Shown in pieces: positions 43,158 to 61,724 of a DNA stretch of 64,000 nucleotides (positions within the stretch are counted from its first letter, which is position 1; each line of letters starts with the position of its first letter). The notes below the pieces were generated by a model. The model ran no database searches and was not told the origin of the DNA. It saw only the letters and a list, made by a program, of their open reading frames with translations. Location of the stretch: the NCBI GenBank assembly GCA_964016885.1, contig OZ024740.1:62558001-62622000 (forward strand). Reading direction: 5' to 3'. The position numbers were made by a program, and so were the translations under genes. The stretch comes from Eledone cirrhosa. Lineage: Eukaryota.

Positions 43158-43688
43158 CTAGTTCCATATTTAAATAGTATGTCACTCAAACTTTCCAGTG
43201 CCATAGAGAGCCAACCTAGCACCACAGTGCCATACTGCGGCACCCTAGCTTCAAAGAGACATATTTTTCCACACTATCTCCTCACTGCCATAGGGGGTCA
43301 CCCTAGCTCCATATTTCCATACTGTGTCACTAAAGCTCCCCAGTTCCATATTGTGTCACCCTAGCTCCCCAGTGCCATACAGCGGCACACTATCTTCGAA
43401 GTACCGTATTTTTCCACCCTATCTTCCCAGTGCCATACTGCTTCACCCTAGTCACTCAGTTCCATAGTGTGACACCCTAGCTCCACTGTTCCATAGTGTG
43501 ACACCCCATCTCACCATTGCCATACTGCGACATCCTAGTTCCATATTTCCAGAGCAAAAGTTGAAACGCTGTTTGATTTTTTTTTTTTGCCGTGGAATTT
43601 TCACCATCCGACTTCCTTCGTTTAAGTCATTCATCTCACGAGTGGACTGACACACGGACGGACACAATTCAACTTATATATAAATAGA
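43158..43688 (-). mobile_element. Possible non-autonomous Helitron with internal ~27-30-bp minisatellite
   Basis: Minus strand starts A|TCTATTTATATATAAG..gtccgtccgtgtgtc and ends CTAG|T; degenerate tandem caccctagctcccagtgccata at 43180-43550. Confidence 0.45.
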
Positions 43689-43915
43689 TTTCTTTCTTTA
43701 TTTGCCACAGGGGCGTACACAAATAGGACATTACAAGACGTGACGGCGGGGTTTTACATAAAATCTTTAACAATAAACTATATATAAAATAAAACAATCG
43801 AAATCCCCATTAGGGGGGAACGTTACTGCGGGGTTGTTTTTCACCCCGTGGATAGAACAACCCTCAACACCAGGAACACGTTTTATAAGTGTTCCCGTCT
43901 TCCCTCTGTTTACCT
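43689..43915 (-). mobile_element. 3' end of the Tx1-like LINE
   Basis: Reverse complement matches 51850-51983 and 52560-52690. Confidence 0.75.
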
Positions 43916-44292
43916 GTAACAGTTTCTGACAATGATCTTAACACAGATTGAAACATCGAAACTGGAGTGAAGCTGTTCATCTTTTTCAACATTTAGAGAA
44001 ATGCTTAAATAAGACATGTTTACATGCTTAAATATATTTTAAAAAACATGTATGTTTACATACACATTTCTCATAGCTTCCGTTATAATCTGTACTGTTT
44101 GTGCAAATATGAATTTATGTTGTAATTTAGTACACAATTTAATATATATATATATAATATATATATAATATATATAGTAATAATAATAAATTTGAAGACT
44201 AAAATCCAAAGAGGGCTCGATAAGGATAGATATATATCAAATATATAAGAACCGTAGAGCTTAAACTTTAATCTGTTATTTTAATAAATATA

Positions 44293-44337
<45 letters not shown>

Positions 44338-44387
44338 TATAAATTAAAATAAATAAGTCAAATATTTAAAATTTGGCTTCGTTTATT

Positions 44388-44442
44388 ACTGCTATATATA
44401 TTTCGGTGACAGCCATCTTTGGCTGTGACCTCTTCAGGCAGT
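44388..44442 (-). ncRNA. HHR F12
   Basis: Mirror image of 44523-44577. Confidence 0.88.
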
Positions 44443-44522
44443 CCGAATTAGTGTGGTAGAGACGAGTACACATGTTGTTGAGGTGTTTAACATGTGTACT
44501 CGTCTCTAGCACACTAATTCGG

Positions 44523-44577
44523 ACTGCCTGAAGAGGTCACAGCCAAAGATGGCTGTCACCGAAATATATATAGCAGT
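44523..44577 (+). ncRNA. HHR F12
   Basis: actgc-CTGAAGA-ggtcacagcca aaga tggctgtcacc-GAAAT-atat-ATA-gcagt-aataaa. Confidence 0.9.
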
Positions 44578-44724
44578 AATAAACGAAGCCAAATTTTAAA
44601 TATTTGACTTATTTATTTTAATTTATTTTACATTACTCCGAAGTAACCAAACCAACCTGCGCACCTCGTCGAGTGCTCCAATCTGCATACTCAGGTGTAG
44701 GTAAACAACCAACATATACTCAAA

Positions 44725-44833
<109 letters not shown>

Positions 44834-44892
44834 TAAATGAGGCTTGTTTGCATAATTGCATAAACGAATCGAATGTTATTATTAATATTCGA

Positions 44893-45158
44893 AAGGGTAG
44901 GGTGGTGAATTGGCAGTATTGTTAGAGTGTCAGACATGCTTTCCAGCATAGTTACGTCCCTTTACGATCTGAGTTCAAATCCCGCCGAGGTGAACTTTGC
45001 CTTTCATCCTTACGAGGTCGATAAAATAAAGTACCAGTAATGTACTGGGTAATTTGCTGGCATTGTGCCAAAAGTAGAAACAATTATTAATATTCGACAG
45101 GGCGGTGATTTAGCAGTATCGATAGAGCGTCAGACATCATGCTTTGCAGCATAGAGTT
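44893..45158 (+). mobile_element. SINE with TSD plus a tandem partial SINE head
   Basis: attattaatattcga flanks 44893-45082; second head from 45099. Confidence 0.85.
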
Positions 45159-45935
45159 GTGTGTGTGTGTGTATGAAATTTGTAGAAAAAAAGTTTTTTT
45201 CTATAAATTCCCTACTTAACGACCTAATATATATTTATTCATATATACTGATCCTATGCATGTGCTCCAATTGGATTTGTTGACCAATTGTAAGCAACGA
45301 GTTCGAAATCATTTGACATCGATCTAAACACTTATTATAATTAACACCCAGAATTTATTCTTTAATTATTGTTGAGTACTCACATTGGCAAAGTCATGCT
45401 GCTATATTTAGCACTACTGTCAACAGCAGCCAGCCTGCCACTGCTGCTGTCATATGTTAACCGATTAGAAATTAATGCTAACACCTGGTATACCTGTATT
45501 GACAAGAAAATTTAGTAGTAAGGTCGATATTCGGAATCACCCCAATGGACTAGCATGCTGAAGTGGATCCTTTGTCCACGATTTGCTGATAATTGATTTA
45601 TTATTTATCCATGACTAGAGTATCACCTGTGGATCTGAAACAATACTGTACATTCCAATACGTGCATTTTGTATTCCGGCAGCTTTGTGTGCTAAACAAG
45701 GAAGATTTCAAGTGACGAAATTGTGAGTACGTTAATGTTTTCATGTGTTAAGCAATAATTCCACTCTAATTTCATGAAATTCACTTGGAGCGCTCCAAGT
45801 GAATTTCATGAAAATTCACATTGTGCTCCAATGTGCTCCAAATGAATTTGTCGAGCAAATTGTAAGCAACGAGATCAAAATAATTCCATATCGATCTAGA
45901 CCCTTGAGCTCTGTCATCGGGGTCTTGAACATTTT

Positions 45936-46002
<67 letters not shown>

Positions 46003-46004
<2 letters not shown>

Positions 46005-46201
46005 CGAAGGAAATGTGGTAAGGAACCAGGTGGACCATAACGCACCAAAGTACTCAATACTTGAGGTAGTAGAGTGGGTAATAGGAACCAGTAAGACCCC
46101 GACAGCTGAGCTCAAGCCGTTTCGACGGCTAATTCTGGACTCCAGAGTCCAGAATTAGCCGTCGAAACGGCTTGAGCTCAGCTGTCGGGGTCTTACTGGT
46201 T

Positions 46202-46205
<4 letters not shown>
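46003..46205. repeat. Tail plus ~125-bp perfect palindrome; relative at 47083-47230
   Basis: 46081-46205 is self-complementary; shared tail tgtggtaag.aaccagg.ggaccataacgcacca. Confidence 0.82.
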
Positions 46206-46250
<45 letters not shown>

Positions 46251-46400
46251 ATTAGAATTGGTGCTCTGAAATAGCGATATATATATGAATGTATATATAG
46301 TGTATTTTGCAATAGACTGTATGCTTAAAACAATAGCGTAAGGTCTTCAAAATGCTTTTACTTTAGCAAACATTGTATTGCAAAATACACTATATATACA

Positions 46401-47067
<667 letters not shown>

Positions 47068-47225
47068 ATATATATATATACACACAAAGAAAGTGTGGTA
47101 AGAAACCAGGCGGACCATAACGCACCAGAGTACTCGATACTTAGGGTAGTAGAGTGGGTAATCGGAAAAGAGTCATGACCCCGACGGCTGAGCTCCGGCC
47201 GTTTCGACAGCCGTCGGGGTCCTTT

Positions 47226-48509
<1,284 letters not shown>

Positions 48510-48512
<3 letters not shown>

Positions 48513-49577
48513 CATATACATAAACTAGACAGAGCTATAGATATATATATGTGTTTTTGGCAACCATCACGGTGTGGCTCAATGACGAATTAATTAATTA
48601 AATAATCAACAATCAGAGCAATATACAAGAAAGTAAATCCATAGAATCATTTGATAAAATATATACAGTATTTCCTCTCCCAATCAGCATAATCAACCAC
48701 ACAAAAAATCAATTAAACAAGGCTATAAGATTAAAAGGCACCTATGAAGAAACAATAGATAAATAAACGATAGCTATCTATCCGCGATCAACAGCCACAG
48801 AATATTTACCAAGTATTTTTAATAGCCCGTGGAAATCGATTAGATATATCGCCAACCGTACACAATTAGGTACAAAGCGAGAGTTAGAAGAAAAAATGCA
48901 TATAGGCATACCAAAATTATGTCTCTACCCCATCAGGTTTCATTCGCTTTTTGGAAATATCCGATCAAGGATAAATGTCTAGTTTATGTATATGTAAATC
49001 TATATATTTGATAATCTCCCATATGGTTGAGAAACAATTTAGGCAGTATTCGGTTGCGCTTTCTAGCAACCAGCCCACTCGCCATAAGGCACCAATCACA
49101 AACCTTCTGACTTGACCACTAACCACGTCACAGTTCTTAGCCATTTTGAATTCGTTTCTGGCGGGGGATCATTTAAGAAAAATCTTTGTCCAATTGAGTT
49201 TGTTTCCTGATGATTTCGAAACTCGTGAATTTATCCTTGATCGGATATTTCCAAAAAGCGAATGAAATCTCATGGGGTAGAGATATAATTTTGGTATGCT
49301 TATATACATTTTTTTCTTCTAACTCTGACTTTGTACCTAATTGTGTACGGTTGGCGATATATATAATCGATTTCCACGGGCTATTAGAAATACTGGGTAA
49401 ATATTCTGTGGCTGTTGATCGCGGATAGATAGGCACCGTTTATTTATCTATTGTTTCTTCATAGGTGTCTTTTAATCTTATAGCCTTGTTTAATTGATTT
49501 TTTGTGTGGTTGATTATGCCGATTGGGAGAGGAAATACTGTATATATTTTATCAAATGATTCTATGGACGTACTTTC
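48510..49577. repeat. Family D copy with inverted duplication
   Basis: 48625-48975 inverted versus 49228-49577. Confidence 0.78.
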
Positions 49578-50391
49578 TTATATATATATATGTAGAAAAT
49601 ATCGAACACAGAAAAATAGCCATGAACATAGCTTTAGAGAATCGGGTAAAATACCCTTATAGACGGAAGAAGTGTACAGCAGCCGCAACAGAGAGTCGAA
49701 TTCTGTTCCTATCAAATTCCGATTAAATCTAATAAAAATGTAATTTATATTACTAATTGGACATACGCTTAAGACTTTCAGTATAGAAAGAGATAAATTA
49801 TATTTCACCAGCCCACCCATCCCAAAACGTCAACACCACATTTTGCTACGTCACAATATAAGTTATTAATTTGAATGTATTGTGTAGGTGTTATCTGTTA
49901 CATATAAATCTTGCTGCATAATTTTGTTTCCATTTACTTTAACCAAGAAATTTTGACAGTTTTAAAATATTTCAGTGATAGGCTATCCGATAGCTTTTTC
50001 CAGTTTTATTGTGAAACCATGTATTTTGTTTCTGTGATGTTCATTTTTGGTTCTTTAGCTGTTTATTTAATCATTTATCTTCAGAAAAACACAAATATAA
50101 AGGAATATATCATTATCACAATGTTTTAAACCAAACAAAACATTTGCTATTGTTTAATACATGATGCACTTTTCTACATTTTCGATTTATCAATTTCCCG
50201 AAATCACATACATAAAAATATTCTCTCAATATTTTCCCAACCACTCAATTATCTTTACTTGATTTCGTTTTCAGATCGTGCCTTTATATCCTTTTATCGC
50301 TATATGATTGATTTACTTACTTGAAATACCACTAAAATCTGACAATTCTGTAGTAAATAAGACACATGTATCTATCTATCTATCTATCTAT

Positions 50392-51983
50392 CAAACTCTC
50401 CTTGAAAGGTCGAGCGGAGGTGGCGAACACTTACATAGCGTCCGTCATCTACTACCGCTTAACAGTCGTGCCTTGCCCCGGCGAATACCTTACCAAAATG
50501 GAACGCATACTCTTCAAGTTCCCCTGGAAGAAACAGGCTCCATTGGTGAGGAGATCCATCTGCTGTCAACACCCTTCTAACGGAGGGCTGGGCATGCCGT
50601 GGCTGATGATGCGCAAACATGCGCTGAGGCTACGCCATCTCCAGGTATTCCTGACCGGTGAACCGGTGTGGCTGTCGTTTGTGAGACAAGCTCTTCCACC
50701 ACTCGTCTCACTAACAGAGCTGCACTCCTGGGTCAAGCGAAGACTGAAAATGGGTGCCTGGCACCTCGAGTGCCTACAGGCGCTCACAGCCCTCTACCAA
50801 GCGGAAACGGCAATCAGCGCAAACTCCACTTACATAGCGTCCGTCATCTACTACCGCTTGATAGTCGTGCCTGTCCCCCGCGAATACCTTACCAAAATGG
50901 AATGCCTACTCTACAAGTTCCTCTGGAAGAAACTGGCTCCATTGGTGAGGAGATCCATCTGCTGTCAACACCCTTCTAACGGAGGGCTGGGCATGCCGTG
51001 GCTGATGATGCGCTAACACGCGCTGAGGCTACGGCATCTCCAGGTATTCCTGACCGGTGAACCGGTGTGACTGCCGTTTGTGATACAAGCTCTTCCACAA
51101 CTCGTCTCACTAACAGAGCTGCAGTCCTGGGTCAAGCGAAGACCGAAAATGGGTGCCTGGGACCTCGAGGCCTTCAGGTGCTCACAGCCCTCTACCAAGT
51201 GGAAACGGAAATCAGCGGAGACTCCACTTCGACATTCTATAGGGGATTAGTGGAGGATAAGTGCGACGACGTTCTCGGGGAAACTCATCGAGGAGGACGA
51301 ACTGACCAGTCTGTTCGGGAGGACTTTCCGTCCAGGGCCTATGGGTAACTTCCAGAGGTCTCTGGCCTGACAGTGCTACCGAGGAGCTCTATCAGTTCGA
51401 GACAAAATCTACAGGCACGGACAAAATCTACAGACAAAATCTAAAGACCTGTCCAAGATGCGAGCAGGACATTGAAACCGTTCTGAACGCAATTGTTCAG
51501 TGCCCAGGGGTGACCGACCTGTCACGTGTGGGACGCATCAAGTTGTCAGCCGAGTGCATCGTGAGGATCACCCCGCCGCCTTCATTTAAGAACGAAGGAG
51601 AGGCGGTTTTCCTCTGTCTGGTGGCTATGGCGAAATAGGTAATATGGTGGACGAGGTTAAAAGGACTGAGGGCAAATACCTTTCTCTCCGGACAACAACT
51701 TATCCCCTTCTTTAAGTATCACTTCAGAAGGAAGGTGAGAGTGGAGAGAGAGGTGCTACACCCCAGTAAATTCGCTGAAAGGTGGGTGAATGTGGCAAAA
51801 ATGGCCCGAGTGAATGGGCCTTCTCTGTATATAAACCTGTAGGTTGAGGAAGATAAACAGAGGGAAGACAGGAACACTTATAAAACGTGTTCCTGGTGTT
51901 GAGGGTTGTTCTATCCACGGGGTGTAAAACAACCCTGCAGTAATGTCCCATTTTTGTACGCCCCTGTGGCAAATAGAGAAAGA
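50392..51983 (+). mobile_element. Tx1/L1-like LINE 3' part with a 399-bp internal tandem duplication
   Basis: LSLKGRAEVANTYIASVIYYRL..FKF.WK..V.RSIC...GGLGMP; duplication starts at 50428 and 50827; flanked by (TCTA)n. Confidence 0.85.
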
Positions 51984-52692
<709 letters not shown>

Positions 52693-53138
52693 TATCTATC
52701 TATCTATCTAAATTTGTGTTTCAATTATAAGTAATTCGCTTCACTGCTCACACTTAGATTAGAGACCGTGGAGTATTCTAGAGTCGATTAATAGAACAAA
52801 GTGTTTTATTTAAAAATCGGTACGGGTTAGAATCTCATCGAAGGTCCTGTGGGTTGTTTGTGTCATTAGTTCATATCCTTTCTTTCCTTAACTAATTTAG
52901 GATCACAATTTTATAGAAAATAAACATCATTAACCGTATACTTACACTAACAGAAAACCCACCCTCGGGCAGTATTCTGCTTGTTAAAGATAGTTGCAGG
53001 CAACGATTTCAGTCTACTCTATTTACACATGAGTACTTGTAAAATCGGAAGTAGAATGTTTTTGAAATTTTGTCTAAATATCACCATGTAAAATGAGTTG
53101 TTACTTATTATTATTATATCATATTATAAATCTGATGA

Positions 53139-53286
53139 AGGCGGTGGATTGGTAGTATCGGTAGAGCGTCGGATAACATGCTTTGAGGCATTGTGTTACG
53201 GCCCTTTACGTGCTGAGTTCAAATCCACACTGTGATTAGCTTTACCTTTTATCCTTACAAGGTCGATAAAATAAAGTACCAGTAAT
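53139..53286 (+). mobile_element. SINE
   Basis: Consensus head, B box and Nin-like core. Confidence 0.8.
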
Positions 53287-53989
53287 ACTTATTTTTAAAG
53301 TCTGGTACTTATGATATCTATCTCTTTCTGTCAGGACATAAACAAATGGAAAATGTAAACACATACTTAACCGTTGGGCTTACATGCCTTTAAATATTTA
53401 CATTTCACTTTCTTTAAAGTATGGAGTACTAAGTTGAATAATAGTCTTACTAATCTAAATTGGTAAAATCTTATCTATCTATCTCTATATACAACGGGCT
53501 TCCGCAAATTTTTCGCCCACAAAATTTCACAAAACAAAGCATTGATCGTGAAACCATGTGGTTGCGAAGAGAATTCCTTAACAACACAGCCATGCCTTCT
53601 CCCATAAACCAATTAATCAACTATATTAATACGCCATGTATGTTTATATAGTTTGAAATATTTTGGTCAGCAACTCTTTAAAATTTACGCACAAACATAC
53701 ACAAACAATTACACAAACACATACACATACACATACACACTCTGTTTCTTATGAAAACAGACACAGAGACATTAGACAACAACATACAAATGAAAAAAAA
53801 ATAGATTGAGAAGAAAGAAAATAAGAAAATGTAAAAACGGAAAAGGAAGGGAAAGGCAACGGCAGAAGAATAGGAGGGAGATGAGAGAGGGTGATGGGCT
53901 CTGGGCTTAGGGCGCGGTGGTATTGGGACTGCATCCCGCGGACAAGGCCGCAAAAGCATTCCCGAATGCAAGTATATTGCAACTATACC

Positions 53990-54912
53990 TACACCTACAC
54001 TCATTTATCCACATGAAGTAAGAGATACCAGTTCCTCCTCATTTCGACCATATAAAAAGTCGCCTCTTACTGCAGAGGATCTCAGCAGTACGGGGTCCAA
54101 GGACGCCTGAGGTCTCGACGGTGACCTGTGCGAAGAGGAACTGGCCGAACAATCCCCGGTATTTTTTTATTTTCCTTTCCTCTGCATTGCAGGCCACGGT
54201 ACCGGCTGAAGCGACTAAGTTGGAGGCGGAGAAAGTGTCACAACATGTGGTGTCCCAGATTAGGGATCTACCTCCTTCGAATGGGAAGAGGGTAATTCCA
54301 TTGGGGCGTTTGCCGTCTCCGAGGTCAAGGCCTGCTGGCTCCAGTCATGATAGGAAGACAGTTGCGTCCAGGCTCCTTCTCAATATGTTGTTGAGAGCAG
54401 AATATCGGAGGAACTGGCTTGCGCTCTGGCGGCAAGACAGTGGGTGCAGGCCGAATTTGTCAACGACCGCCCCGCAACGGCATTTATGTGGCTCACACAT
54501 GCAGAGGCTGAGGGATTGGGCCGCTCTGATGCGAGTGCACTGGTCATCAAGAAGGGTACCGGTTGATAAGGAGGACACCGAAATGAGCCACGCGCCACTG
54601 TTTGGCGGAGAAATGGATCTGAGGTAGGCGAGACGGTATTGTTACAAGCCGGACTTGATCTGCCTAAAAGAAGACCTGCATTTGTATACATTTGTATATA
54701 GTATATGTTTGTATACTGGGTGACAGAGAGGCCTTCGCCTGTCAAGTCGGCCAGAAACTGTTTAAGCTCTGAGGCCACGTCAAGTTCGGCTGTCTTGCTG
54801 AGAACCTCGCTGACAAGAGCGCGACTGGAGGAGATTGAGGAAAGGTAGACCGGTATGGCTAGATCCGAAGCTGATCGGAGGCCGAGGCCACCGAACCTCA
54901 CTGAGAGCTTCA
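53990..54912 (-). mobile_element. CRE-clade non-LTR retrotransposon 3' fragment (restriction-like endonuclease)
   Basis: LSVRFGGLGLRSA, CRCG..VD..GLH.LSC, then LEPAGLDLGDGKRPNGITLFPFEGGRSLIWDTTC; stops and frameshifts. Confidence 0.8.
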
Positions 54913-55215
54913 AAACACACATTTATGATGTGAAAGCGAAGGGGAAAAGGGGAAATCAGCGTTCTAAGGGTGAGAGAAAGGGAGATGAGAGTGAACCTGG
55001 GCAGAATGAGATGGTCAGAATAGTATACACACACACACACACACCCACACACACTTATGTATATATATATATATAAATGTAATCTGAGTTTTTCGAATAT
55101 TAATAATAACATTCGATTCGTTTGCAATTATGCAAACAAGCCTTAATTTTATAGCCATGTCAGTAGAATGAACCCTTCATTCTTGCTCTTGTGTTGGCAT
55201 GTGAACAGAAAATTT

Positions 55216-56591
<1,376 letters not shown>

Positions 56592-56742
56592 ATACTTTGG
56601 GAGGGTCATGTTGCCAATAAGAAACACACGCACCAGTTGCTTTCACTTCAATTTAATTTATTATATATTTATAAATTTACAAATTTATAAATTTCTGGTT
56701 GGTTGGTTGGTTCCACAACCAGATAGTTGTTTATATATATAT

Positions 56743-56787
56743 AGTCATAGTTCTTTCGTCACACACTCTGTGACCTCTTCAGTGACT
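56743..56787 (-). ncRNA. HHR F6
   Basis: Mirror image of 58638-58682. Confidence 0.82.
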
Positions 56788-58637
56788 GGGGATTTCTTTC
56801 TTCGTTTCTGTGCCTTTCTTTTCTTCTATCCTACGCCATTTTGTTTGTGTGTGGGTTGCGTGCTCAGTTTGCGCATGCGCCACATCCGGGTGTCTGTGTG
56901 TGTTTGTGTTCATTTTTCTATTTTTCTATTTATATTTTTCTATTTGTTTGTTTATTTATTTATTTATTGTTGGTTGGTTGTTTGTTCTATGTGTGTGTGT
57001 GTTTTCATTTTGTCTTGTGTGTGTTTTCATTTTGTGTGTGTTTTCAATTGTAAGTTGTTTGTTCTATGTGTGTGTGTGTTTTCATTTTGTCCTTAATTGT
57101 AAGTTGTGATGTTGCTGTTCCACTCATATTTTCTATTTAATTTTGGTTTTAATTCTTTTATGCTTACTGCCTCTGTAATTTGCCTAAACATTGCGTCTTT
57201 CTTGTGTGTGGATTCTATTTTTATTTCTATGCTCTCTAATTTACCCCTGTGTTCTATCTTAGCATGTTGGTAGAGCACAGATGATTCTTTATTATCTTGG
57301 AGGTCTCGCCAGTGTTCATTTATTCGTTCCCCTATACTACGAGCTGTCTCACCTATGTACACTATATTTTTGTTTCTACATTGTCCTTCAGTACATCTTA
57401 TGCTATATACTACATTTCTAGTTTTACAGTTAATATGGGGGCTTATTTTACAGGTTATACATTTCTTATCTATACATGAGGGTCTTTGGAACGGGTATGT
57501 CTTGCTAATAAGTGTTTTTACGGAGGTACCAGGTCTTTCTACTATCTTAATATTGAGATTATGTTTCTTTAGGGCCCTTCTAAATTTGTAGGCTAGTTCG
57601 CCTCTAGCTACAATCTGAGAGATAGAATCAGAGTGTATAAAGGAGCCAGAACCAAATGGGAAAAAATGGTAAATAATGACATAAATGGGACCTGCCCCTT
57701 GTATAGGAGCAAATTTTGGAATAGAATAGAAAGAACTAAGAACAAGGCCAATAGAATAAACTCATGGTATGATAGCAATAAATACCAGAGTGTAATGTTC
57801 ATCAATACAACCCCTAAAGGCGAACTAGCCTACAAATTTAGAAGGGCCCTAAAGAAACATAATCTCAATATTAAGATAGTAGAAAGATCTGGTACCTCCG
57901 TAAAAACACTTATTAGCAAGACATACCCGTTCCAAAGACCCTCATGTATAGATAAGAAATGTATAACCTGTAAAATAAGCCCCCATATTAACTGTAAAAC
58001 TAGAAATGTAGTATATAGCATAAGATGTACTGAAGGACAATGTAGAAACAAAAATATAGTGTACATAGGTGAGACAGCTCGTAGTATAGGGGAACGAATA
58101 AATGAACACTGGCGAGACCTCCAAGATAATAAAGAATCATCTGTGCTCTACCAACATGCTAAGATAGAACACAGGGGTAAATTAGAGAGAGAGCATAGAA
58201 ATAAAAATAGAATCCACACACAAGAAAGACGCAATGTTTAGGCAAATTACAGAGGCAGTAAGCATAAAAGAATTAAAACCAAAATTAAATAGAAAATATG
58301 AGTGGAACAGCAACATCACAACTTACAATTAAGGACAAAATGAAAACACACACACACATAGAACAAACAACTTACAATTGAAAACACACACAAAATGAAA
58401 ACACACACAAGACAAAATGAAAACACACACACACATAGAACAAACAACCAACCAACAATAAATAAATAAATAAACAAACAAATAGAAAAATATAAATAGA
58501 AAAATAGAAAAATGAACACAAACACACACAGACACCCGGATGTGGCGCATGCGCAAACTGAGCACGCAACCCACACACAAACAAAATGGTGTAGGATAGA
58601 AGAAAAGAAAGGCACAGAAACGAAGAAAGAAATCCCC

Positions 58638-58682
58638 AGTCACTGAAGAGGTCACAGAGTGTGTGACGAAAGAACTATGACT
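58638..58682 (+). ncRNA. HHR F6
   Basis: agtca-CTGAAGA-g-gtcaca gagtg tgtgac-GAAAG-aa-CTA-tgact. Confidence 0.84.
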
Positions 58683-59040
58683 ATATATATATAAACAACT
58701 ATCTGGTTGTGGAACCAACCAACCAACCAGAAATTTATAAATTTGTAAATTTATAAATATATAATAAATTAAATTGAAGTGAAAGCAACTGGTGCGTGTG
58801 TTTCTTATTGGCAACATGACCCTCCCAAAGTATAACAATATCGGTTTCAACACACGATTTCAGATAAAGAATCTTGCTAAACAAATTCAGAAACGAAATA
58901 TATATATATATATATATATACATACACATACATACACATATACATGTGTGTGTGTAAAACTCACTCTTAGATAATTCATATGGACCTTACATATATATAG
59001 TAGTAAGGTAATAAAGTAATAAGCAACATAAAGCAATTAT

Positions 59041-59098
59041 TCCATTCACCAGTGGTTTCTTAAAAGCAAAAAAAATTTCCTTCAATCTTCAGAATGAA
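59041..59098 (-). ncRNA. HHR F11, probably inactive (GTG at the cleavage site)
   Basis: CTGAAGA...GAAAC-cactg-GTG. Confidence 0.65.
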
Positions 59099-59137
59099 AA
59101 AAACCTGGTCTATCTACATATACATACATATACACAC

Positions 59138-59179
<42 letters not shown>

Positions 59180-59184
<5 letters not shown>

Positions 59185-59518
59185 GATAAATCTACCAAAA
59201 GTTTACGGTAGTGTCCAATCCGTATGAAGAACTCAATGTAATCCGGATATCATGAAAAGAAGAGATGCATTCAAAAATCACTTTCGGTGAAAGATAAACG
59301 GAATACAGAGTCAAGATAAATTATTAAAAAAATAATGAATAAACAAAGAAACAGTTCCTTATATTAAACAAAAAAAGTTCATTATTTTACGATCGTTTCT
59401 AGGACATATATGTGTTAGAATTGGTATGCATATTCAAAAGATCTATGTACAAAATTATACAAACTATCAGAGAGAATATACATACCTTCACATATATATG
59501 CTGTCTTCAGAAATAATG

Positions 59519-59520
<2 letters not shown>
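59180..59520 (-). mobile_element. F10 3' end plus tail, with HHR at 59378-59519
   Basis: Homologous to 30851-31195. Confidence 0.8.
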
Positions 59521-59600
<80 letters not shown>

Positions 59601-59619
59601 AATATACATACACATACAC

Positions 59620-61140
59620 ATAGGTATGTGAAGGGCAAGGCAAAAAGAATATATGGGGGGGGGGGGGGGACATAGGAAAAGGTGAAATATAAGGGGAGGT
59701 AAGGGAGAAAAAAATATATATACAAGAGTACAGAACGTAGATTCAGCAAAATAAAAACCGTAGCAGAAGTAAAGAGCAGGAAAGGAGTTCAAGGCGGTTG
59801 ATTTATCATAGGAGTGTCAATCCAGTTACAGATCAGATGCGATTTCAGATGAGGACAGCATCTGAAGATCTCAGTCTTTGAGTTAAGGCAAGCGGAAGTG
59901 GCTCTCAAGTTTAGCAAAATCCTATACTTTTCTGTGGTACACAAAGAACAATTCTTTGTGCCCCTTTGTTACTCCCTCTAATGGTCTAATATAGACCAAT
60001 CAATAGAGTACGGGATGTTACTATCCTTGAGTTCCCACACCTTACTTGCGAGGGCCGTTGATGTTCGTTTATCGGAGTGCTTAAAAGAAGCGACATGTGA
60101 GTAAAATCTGGTTTTAAACCTGTCCTGGGTCATACCGACATATCGCTCACTTCTGGCTGGCTGGTTGTTGATTACCGGTGTTATCTTAGCCTCATAGACA
60201 ACAGATTTGGTGTTACATTTACCCTGCAATGGGCATTCATCCGGCTTCCTGCAACTGCATCCTGGATTTATTCTCGTATGGTTTGAGCTGGTGATTTTGG
60301 ACTTCATAGATGGGCAACAAGAGTAGCTGATCTTAACTATGTTCCTATTAAATATCTTATAATATCTATGATTAGGAGGAAAATATTTGTCTAAGAGTTC
60401 AAGGAATTTCCTTCCTACATTAGTTTTGACAGTTAGAGAGAAGGGGTGTGTGAACCAAATAATCTTCCTTTTCCTGTTATTGTGGTTAGTTTTAGGGGGG
60501 GGGGGGAGTAGGTAAATAAGAAATTTTTTCTGTAAAACCGCTGTTCTTAAGGGCTTTATTATAATAAGGGGCGGCTTTATTAAAAATGTCTATAGACGAA
60601 GATAAGGTAGAAATCCTACGGCTAATGTTAGGAATAACATTATTAAAAACTATAGGGGGATGGCAAAACTCTTTGTGTATATACCTAAGATTTTTATTAG
60701 GTTTATGATAGGGTTTAAAAGAGGCGGTAAGTAGATCAAGATTAATATCAAGAAAGTTAGCATTAGTAAGGTTCGTATCTATAGTGATTTTAAGGTTAAG
60801 ATTAGCAAAAGTATTGATTAAATCTTTACGGAATTTATCAAGGTTATGGCCGTTGGTGGTATGAGAAACTGCTAATCCGTCATCACGGTATAAACCGATA
60901 TTATGGGACGGAAATTTCTCTTTGAGGGTGTGGAGAAGGAATAATCCTACTAAGTCACACACATCCGCACTGTCATATGAACCCATTGCAACATCAAAAG
61001 AGTTTTCAGGGTTTGACTTTTTAACCCAAATATTATCATTAGTAAAGAGTAATTAGTAAAGTATAATTGCCTTATGTTGTTTATTACATAACTATTAAGC
61101 TCTGTTACCTACATAGAGCACTCTTTTTTCCTGGACTTTT
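59620..61140 (-). pseudogene. Hydra-like PLE RT+GIY-YIG, frameshifted, with an inverted F11 tail at its 5' junction
   Basis: MGSYDSADVCDLVG, GLYRDDG, NFLD, CSCRKPDECPL, YVGMT..FKTRF; 61063-61093 matches 32136-32166. Confidence 0.87.
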
Positions 61141-61160
61141 CCGACGGAATTACTTCATTT

Positions 61161-61232
<72 letters not shown>

Positions 61233-61724
61233 ACACACACATGATCTGAGAGAATGCCAGCTGTTATGAGATATATTTATTTAATTTATATCAAGTATCA
61301 TGATATAAGATATTTCATTATCTTTTCTCTAAAACTGACAATTATATAATCACAGTTTTTTAATTCATTAGACTAGTATTTTACATGATAGTTAGTACTA
61401 CAGTGAATTGTTGATATAAAATGTCCGCGAAATACTACTTTCCAGGATTGACCTGGCGATCATATTAAAAGCACACCAAGACCAGAATGTATCCATATCT
61501 TTAAAATATGGAATAATGCTAGAACTTTCCAATAAAATAGGAATCCATTACAAACACAACATACCTGATTTTGCTTTATTGAACAAGTAACACACGTCGT
61601 GCACTAATGTAGGGGGGGTCAGTGATTATTTCGTCTAAATATACACCCATCTCCGATAATGGAGAATTTTCAGTTTTTTGTGTTGGATATAGATTTCCAT
61701 TTTTACTTATTACCATAGTTCAGC

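Noticed and set aside
54121-54627. 168-aa plus-strand ORF
   Set aside because: Antisense shadow of the CRE element.
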